Source: Blasia pusilla
Lineage: Eukaryota
Assembly: GCA_050084515.1 (NCBI GenBank)
Contig: CM114271.1
Location: forward strand, 21,514,001 to 21,578,000
Length of the DNA stretch: 64,000 bases
Direction of reading: 5' to 3'
A program made the position numbers and the translations under genes. The notes beneath the pieces were generated by a model. That model was given only the letters and a program-made list of their open reading frames with translations. It was not told the DNA's origin and did no database searches. Shown piece after piece: positions 1 to 8,041 of the stretch (positions within the stretch are counted from its first letter, which is position 1; each line of letters opens with the position of its first letter).

Positions 1-2230
1 ATTAGAAATCTTTCAACCTAAACATATAGAGATGCAGTGAAACAGGAATCGTAGAAAAGGAGCTTCAGGTGAGAAGGTAGTCTTTCGAGAAGCAGAAGTC
101 GGCACATCAGGACCTCTGAGAGACTTTCAGAGATTGGATTGTGGCTGAAGGATTAGAAAGCATTCTGAAACAGTTCAAATAACTTTTGAGTTCATTGCAC
201 TAAAGAGAGGATACCAGAATTCTAAATAAAGAAAGCTCTCTTACCAGTAGCAGCAACCACACATTATATTCTAGAAATGCTATCTAAAACAAGTAGGTTG
301 GAGAAATTGCATGGCAAAGATGGACTCCATCTTACCATAGCCAAATAGTCATGAAATTTTATATCTTTTGAGCTTTAATGATTGGAAAAATTGTTGTTTT
401 GCGTCTTGAGGGATTATAAAAGTAATCAACAGGCGACCCCTCATTGTAATGTCCCTCCAAAAAAAGCACTAAAATCATCTTTACAACCCCAACTATGCAA
501 TCCTACTTGCCTTGAACCCAAATGTGGAGTATTTAACACTCATACCACCAATCCAAGTATCCTGAAAGTAGTCTTATAAACCTATAGATACCCTCTCATC
601 AAAATTTAAGTAGAAGGTTAGACCAACATCTAAGTCATTTCCATTGCAATCTCTCATCATATCAATGGAACTTTTTACCTTTTACTTCAGAGTGTAAGTG
701 TTTCAGATATCCATTATGGGGGCTAAAGCGAGCTAACAAATGGTTAACAAATGAGTTAACTTATATCTTTTGAAAAAGTAAAAACATTTTAGCCACAATT
801 CTCCACAATGACAATTGTGGAGAATAGAAGCAATTGTAATTCATAATAGTACATATAGTACTAACTTCTATACATTTATATTGGAAAATCTTACTCAAGT
901 TAGCAAGAATAAACAATAAGGGTGCCAAAACATACAATTCTATATCATTTGAAATGATCGCATCTAGCATACATTACCATCATCCAAGTAGGGGAAATAT
1001 CCTTGAAATATCTTAGAATTGACTCCAAAAAGACACAAAATAAATTAACCGTTTGCCAATTAACATGACAACCAACAAATTTTATGATATCTCTTTATGA
1101 CCCTCTAAGAGTCATTGAACTTCTCTTGCAACAATGCAAGAGCGTACTTCCTCTTGGAAGATCCCCTCAAGATATCCAACTGCGACATTCAAAATGGAGC
1201 CCATTTCTATTATCACATCTTAGTATCCGATAGGTAGAGATCTATCGTGGCGAACTAAAAAAGCCAGCGGACTGTTTTTGAGTGTAGCTTTGTCCCGACG
1301 TGTCGAATGAGGTTGAGGATAGGTCTGTTGTGTCAAGAACATCGTTTCTGACAACTTTCCTGTTGGGTTCTTTCACAACCGGATGACTTGTTCAGCAGGT
1401 CACCACCCATGGTAAATTGTGCGCGCAGGTTACCGAGGGGGTTGCTATTTTTAGGTCTCATACCTATATAAGGGAGGAAAATGGCTTTCCCAAGCCATCT
1501 TTCTCATGTTGGGCCGTTGGAGGTTCATTCTTGCTCGGATGTGTGAGTTAGGATTGGTTACTTGCGTCTGGATTCCTTGATAGCACAGGGTGGACGAGGT
1601 TCGATATGTCGATGTAGATTGAGGAGAGGAGTTTTAGGCCGGGTGTGTCATTTTTACTCTTATTTTTACTTTTACATGAGAAAGATACGAGGGGGCAGGG
1701 GGAATTCGTTGTTTGCAGGTAGGCAAGCAAGTTGCCTCGGTTGGGAGCTCTTGGAGGCGCCAATTGGCGTTTGCTTTGTCAATTTTTCGTTCGGAAGGCC
1801 GTGTGCGGAAGCGCTGTTCATGTTTCGTAGATTTCGTTGGTGCATATTGACGAGAACGAGTCTCCGAGTGTAGCACGGAGGATGGCGGCAGGAGTAGTGT
1901 CGTCATATAGCGGCAATGATGAGTGTAAAGGGGAAGGAGAGTTAGATCTTGCAGCTTTTGGGGGGGCTATTTAGTAAAAGAGCAACCAGGTTACAAGAAC
2001 CGGGTTAAGCCAAGCGTGAAGTTTCTGGCGGGGTTGGAGGAGAGTACCAGGTAGAAGACCCGGCGTATTCGGAGTCGCCACAGAGAAAAGGAACTGAATC
2101 GCGGTTGGAGGTCCAATCGCGTGAAGAGCCACAACTGCAAGTAGTCAAAAAGTTGGGAAGTTGAGAGTGAGAAGCGCGTGGCCAGGGGTTGAAGGAGCAG
2201 TACGAGGCGTGTAAGAGAATAATGATGCAC

Positions 2231-3745
2231 TTTGATATAAACGTGTGATGGAAAACCCATCGGAAGTACAAAAGAGGGGGACTCAAAGAGTCAAAACCTG
2301 AAGGCTACAACAAGACCAGAAAAGGAAGAAGGGGGCATTCCCCCCCCTAATGACAAAACTCACCAACAGCAGAGACAATATCAACAACAACAAGAGAGCT
2401 ATGACTACTACTAAGTGGGCCTCTAGCTCCGGCGTCTCCCACAGCCTGAGCCCGCCGCAAAAGCCCATTAGCCTGGGCGCGCTGTAACGCTATGGAGACT
2501 CGCTGCCTACAATAGAGAATCGCAATAGCTAAGGACAACCCATTTCTCGATTGGAGATGATGGGCGCAGTCCGTAAGGAACGAGTCAAACCTCTCCCCCA
2601 TAGCCCCATACATCTCTATGGCCAGGGGGATGAAGATGTGTCCCTCGTGAAGTCGAATGTAGATATGTGTCTTCTTCACCGCCGCCGCCGCCGCCGCCGC
2701 CGCTCCTTGTAGCATTCGCCCTTGGGCCACCACTTGGCCTCGCACTACCTCTTGCATAGGATCTCTAACTACCACGTCCGCCACCACCACCTCAGCCTCT
2801 CATGTCATGTAAAGATAAGCTCGAATAAGGGAATCCCGCATGGAGTAGTGCCTCTCTCTCTGCACATGGAAGCCACTCTCCCAAGCAATACTGAACATGA
2901 TATCCTGCACTGCATCGTGAGTGGCGATCCTCTCACCCCCAACTGGACAGCGTGCCAAATGCACACCAAGTGGATCCAGGCTCCTGCAACACTCACAGTG
3001 TGTCGAACCAACCAACGATGGTTGGGGGAGGCCCAAGCAGAACCGCATCGCTGTAGTATAGGTAAGTGGTGCGATACGGAAAGCCGAGAGAAGGGGGCGC
3101 GCCCCTACCCATGAGCCTGCCCTCTTTCCGGAGCAAGAGCGAATACGGGCCCTAACCTCAATGGGGATATTCCCATCAGACATAGTGCCTCTAAAAACTG
3201 CCTCAAAGTGGGCTTCCATCAAGGAAGATTGGAGCCCAAACTGACCGGAGGTAACTAAGGAGGAGAAAGTGGGGAGAACGGCTCTGGCCTTAACTCGAAG
3301 GGAATCTCTACAAGCTGTGAGTGAAGAATGAAGTGGGAAAGAGCCATCCTCAACCTGGGAGACGTACTGTAGAAGGAGCGGTCTATCTCTAACCAAAAAT
3401 CGGGAGCAAAGGAGGGGTGCCACTGTGGCCCAACTCCCTAAAAAAGCGGAGGGCGCCACTAACCCAGTCGAGAGAAGACCTACTCCACCAAAAGAAATCG
3501 GCCAAGAGGCCTGTCTACGAGCTAACTCCCCCATGGGGCACTCTAAGGAGCCGGGTCCTAGAAGATCCCCAAACACCTGCATGAGCTTCCTATCAAAGGA
3601 TCTATATAGGGAAGAAAGGTGACTAGATGTCCAGACCGTTCTAGTGAGGTAACCAGGTCTACGAGCAAAACAAGAAGAGAGAATGCAAAAGGCGACTTGA
3701 GGGTCACGAATCCTCGTAAGATCATCAACAGGGGCTACGCAAAGA
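2231..3745 (-). mobile_element. 5'-truncated non-LTR retrotransposon with restriction-like endonuclease (CRE/NeSL-type)
   Basis: RT C-terminal ARRQASWPISFGGVGL, CCHC knuckle CECCRSLDPLGVHLARC, RIATHDAV, and PD-(D/E)xK region VVADVVVRDP...KKTH...FIPLAIEMYG. Stop at 2347 with a short 3' UTR. Boundaries approximate. Confidence 0.8.
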
Positions 3746-5076
3746 TTAGCCGGACAAAGAAGAGAGTAAAGACACGCATGCCGAGAAGTGGCAGGAGTAG
3801 GAGAGAGGCGTTGTGATGACACAGGAGGACGCAATTAAGGCGACGGTGAGCTCCTTAGGGAGCCGTGACAAGGCACGTTGTAACTCGGGACAGTTGACGT
3901 AAGGACATGGCTCCCAAGGTGACGAGCATAGGGCAACGTGCCCAAGAAGCACGTAGGCGAGAGTAGAAAAGAGTCGAGAGTTTGGGGCGTAAATAGGTCC
4001 ATAGGAACACATGCCAAAATGGGAGACGAGAGCTAAGTTGGGAGTTGGCTGGGAGTCTAGGACCAAGTGAAAGGAACTATGGGAGACGGAGGCCGGGGTG
4101 GCTTGGTCAGACGGGTCCGAGATGTCGTGTGCATACACATCGTTACAAAATATACATCGTTGTCACCGAAGACACACACAAATACGCACGACCCCATGCT
4201 AACTCATGGTATCCAAATAACGAAACAAGAAGTACCAAAATATCTCCAATAAATCAAGATTCTATCTCTCTCAACACCATAGCTCTCAAATGTGTGCACT
4301 CTCACATGTCTCTTTCAATGTCAAACCAAACCCACTCTCCTAATGAGAGGCTTGGGTTACACACACAAGGCAAGCAAGACCATAGCTCCGCCGCCTCATG
4401 CCAAGAGGTTCAACAAAGAGAGAATGAGCTCTCAAGCTTTCTTTCCTTGAGGTATACCCCTCCCCTCTCCCAAGCTCTCTCCATGGTAACCTATGCTCCT
4501 AAGTTACCTCCTTGGCTCTTGACATGATGTAGGAGGTCAAGGGTCACTTACCAAAAATAAAAAGTCGACCATATACTCAAAATGGTACTTACCTAAAATA
4601 GCAAGTTCTTCAATATGGCTCCAAATGAGCCGAAATGAAGGGGAAACGTGCTCTCTCAGGTTTCTCCGGGCCTCAACAAGTCATTCTCGACCTTGTGAGT
4701 CTATCCTCCACTACTCGCGAAGGCGCTCTACTAAATCTCACCGATCTATCCTAAGAGACGTGACACTTGTCGTGCGCATACTCATCGCTACACAACATAC
4801 ATCGTTGTCACCAAACACAAATATGAACACGCACGATCCCATGCTAACTCATGGCATCCAAACAACGAGACAAGATATACCAAAATATCTCCAATCGCCC
4901 CCCTAGCTGGTGGTTAAGTCCCTCTAACTCTAGATAGTTATCTATCCCTACCTACCATGACATAAATCTCTCGGACGCTAAGAGCAAGAAGGCCAAGTGC
5001 TCATGTGGCCCCATCGTTAGTCGCCTTCTTGTCATCCATCTCACATACACAAGTCGGAATGTAGAACTACCTACTC

Positions 5077-6128
5077 TATGTACATCTGGGACACATCCAT
5101 CATCCTTGAGGAACCCTAGTGAAAGGTGGCGTCAAACATGCCATATGCCATCCTCTCGAATATCCATCATAGACTAGCATATTGGCTGCACCACGAGCAT
5201 AACCACACAACATACATCCTAAGCCTGCAAGAACTACTGCTAAGCTCGGATCAATTGTACCGTCAAAGTTTGGAAGATGACACGGCTCATAGTTACGCAC
5301 ATGGTCCTTCCAAACCATACCATCACGTCCCTCCAATAAGAGAACACCTGATGGCAAAACCTCACGCATTCTCAAGATGGTGCGCCTTGTAGTCACATCC
5401 AACGTCGTGGATGTCGCTGCTGCAAGTAGACATAGTCTCCCTAATGAAACCTCCGGATAGTAGGTCGATAACTCCCCCGCGAATAGGCGCATACCTCAAT
5501 GTATCCCGATGTTTCGAAATCGCCAAGTTCTTAAACGCCATGGGCATCACTCACCAGAACAACTCAGCCCTCTGTAAACATGCTCTCATCCATACATTAG
5601 GGTCATCAAGGTTCAACACCTCTCCAACATCTCTACGAATGGCCATAGGTAAATCTGGCTCACGGCCATAAAGCAGCAAGTACGGTGAGAAAGACGCTAA
5701 GGATACTTGCCCGTTGAATCTGTATCCCATCGCCAACCATGACAACGGGAGGTTCCAATCTCCTAGATTACCTCTCTTCATCGTCTGCACAACCCTCTCC
5801 GCTAGTCCATCCGCCTCTGGTTGATCTCGGAAAATGGTGCGGTGGTCGATCAATGCCTAATCATACAAGGCCTGAAACTCCCCGCAAAAGTCTATACCCT
5901 AGCCTGTCAACACCTTAGTTGGTGCGCCGTAATGACTCAGCACTCGATCTAGGAAGGCATACACTATTCCCTCACTCACTTTGTCAAGCAATGCAACCAA
6001 CTCTATCCACTTCGAGAAGTGCTCGACAATCACCAACACATAACGACTATGATGCTCCTTCAAAGGCAAAGGTCCTGCAAAATTTAAACTCCATCTATAA
6101 CCTAAACCCATGACCGGAAGTGGATAGC
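5077..6128 (-). pseudogene. DDE integrase core followed by a C-terminal PHD finger (degenerate)
   Basis: Integrase: PLPVMGLGYRWSLNFAGPLP...YVLVIVEHFSKWIELV...GAPTKVLTG, QPEADGLAERVVQTMKR, FSPYLLLYGREP. PHD: CMLCG...MLVYDGYSRGWHMACLTPPFTRVPQG*WMCPRC. Confidence 0.88.
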
Positions 6129-6419
6129 AGGTCGATAAGCTAGTGAGGAGCGCGGGAGACTCTTGGTGAGTTTGAGTGGTTGAGCGGGTGAGACAAGGTG
6201 ATGATCACAACGTTCTTCTAGGTTTGGGAAGAACATGGTAGTTTGAGTAGTAGTGGTGGTGTGACACGGAGTGGGGTGAGATATCGAGGGGTTTCTAGTG
6301 AGGAGTCACCTCAACTTCCATTCGTAGCTAGATTGTCATCACTACACAGCGGGCCTGGTGACGAGATTGCAGACGGAGGTAGCGTTACTTGGCAAGAGAT
6401 GGACGACATGAGCCATTGG

Positions 6420-7140
6420 GGCCTGCCTACCTTGTTGACCACAGTCAACGGTGGTCAATCATCGTGCCTCATTGCTTGTGAGCGACAAGCTGGATCTAGA
6501 ATGGAATCCACTAATAAATGGGATGGGCGCTCCACTCTCGCATACCACCTTCGGAACATTGCATGGGGCACCAAGTTGGTCCACCATATATGCATAGACG
6601 CGGGTGATGGGCTCTAGAACCTACACTCGCCGCATCCAAGAACATTGCTAGGCCGATCCAAGCACGCACCTGATGAGCACTCGTCACCATCCGTGATCTG
6701 GAGTCTCCTAAGATTGGCACATTCTCCAGAATGTAGGCTAGAGAACAAGACTGGTGCTCCTGCAATTGCCGTAAGACCCTCAACATCTCCCAACACAACC
6801 TGGACCGAGTGTCAGCCAACCTGCTGCCTCGTCCAACACTCGATTGGCGGTGACATGGCCAACCAGAAATAACCAAATCAATGGTCCCTACCCGCTCTAA
6901 GTCCTACGCCCCCAACAACGAAATATCCCTCGGTAGGGAACTCTGGTACTTCGAACATGGATTTGAGACAATAAGTCGGGAAAACATAGGCGTAACTGTG
7001 CCACATGTCGTAGTGAGACGCGCCTCGCAACATCATCACTCTCCACATACAGGTACTGTTGTACTCGCACTCCTGCCTACAAAACATCATCTAGCCCGGT
7101 GCTAATCCCTCCAAAGAGATCTAACACTCGAATATCCTTC
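6420..7140 (-). pseudogene. DNMT3-like C5 cytosine DNA methyltransferase domain within the retroelement pol (motifs I-VIII; degenerate, C-terminus deleted)
   Basis: Motif I IRVLDLFGGISTGL, motif II YLYVESD, motifs III-IV LPRDISLLGA*DLERVGTIDLVISGWPC, motif VI YILENV, motif VIII region FLDAASVGSRAHHPRL..WWTNL. Order and spacing parallel DNMT3A (IRVLSLFDGIATGL, GPFDLVIGGSPC, WLFENV, IDAKEVSAAHRARYFWGNL). Confidence 0.9.
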
Positions 7141-7493
7141 TTCAGGGTACACCACACAATAGGTGTGATATCCAAGGGTGTCATCGTAGCACTCCTTGAT
7201 ACCTCGAATTCCTCAGACCCATCACACTCTGGTGCAAACGCCTCGCTCCACGCGGTCTGCACGTGCTTATCTGCCAATCGTCGAAGCTCCTCAGTCGAGC
7301 CCCACAACGGCACCTCTCCTCCATGGAATGATGCGACTACCATAACACTCCTCTCCATAGAAATGCCAGGAATGGGAGTATCCTCTACATGGACATGTCC
7401 CTCAATCAAATCACTAGGCCAAGTGACGGGACTGCTAAATGCTGCTAAGGTCGCCATCTCTCCTGGCTGTTGCTTGATCATTGCACCTGTGAA

Positions 7494-8041
7494 TCAAACG
7501 GGTAATGAGCTAATGCGCCCATCACATGATTGCCATCCTAGTGTGTAATTGGCTGACTCCTCCGAGTAATCTAGGGAAAACTTCATCGGGTATAACACTG
7601 TTCCACCAACCAAGATGTCGTAGGACTCTGCATCAATCACTATTGCCTTGGCTCGCACCACGGATGTCCCGGGCGAATCCTCACCACGACCTCCTGTCGG
7701 GTGATATACTGTATGGTACCTGCTCCACCCAAGGATGTCTATATCTGAAAAGGACAACGCTCCACCTCGACTCTCGTCAAGCCCAATCCTATGAATGACG
7801 CTTTCCCCAACATCAGGGGTTGCGCTCCTGAATCCAACAAGACGCGCTGCGGACTAAAAGCTCTACCTCCGGGACTCACCAAGTGGAAGACCGCTCCTCG
7901 TTTATCCAGTAACACAACATCATGAGAAGCCATGGCACGCTCTATCGCGGGTCTAGCGGGCATCTCCGCCATCCTAGCAGCCGTAGCTTGCCATGAATCT
8001 GACGTGGACGGCCCGAGCATCCGCTCCAAGGGCAAGTCCAT
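7494..8041 (-). pseudogene. Retroviral-type aspartyl protease domain of the inner element (frameshifted)
   Basis: LLDSGA catalytic motif and the downstream YDILVG motif lie in adjacent ORFs 7739-8041 and 7494-7757. Confidence 0.85.

Noticed and set aside
6420-7140. N4-cytosine or N6-adenine methyltransferase, or a functional host DNMT3/DRM gene
   Set aside because: It has PC and ENV motifs rather than SPPY/DPPY, motif I comes first (not DRM-permuted), and it has no introns, multiple stops and a position inside a pol.
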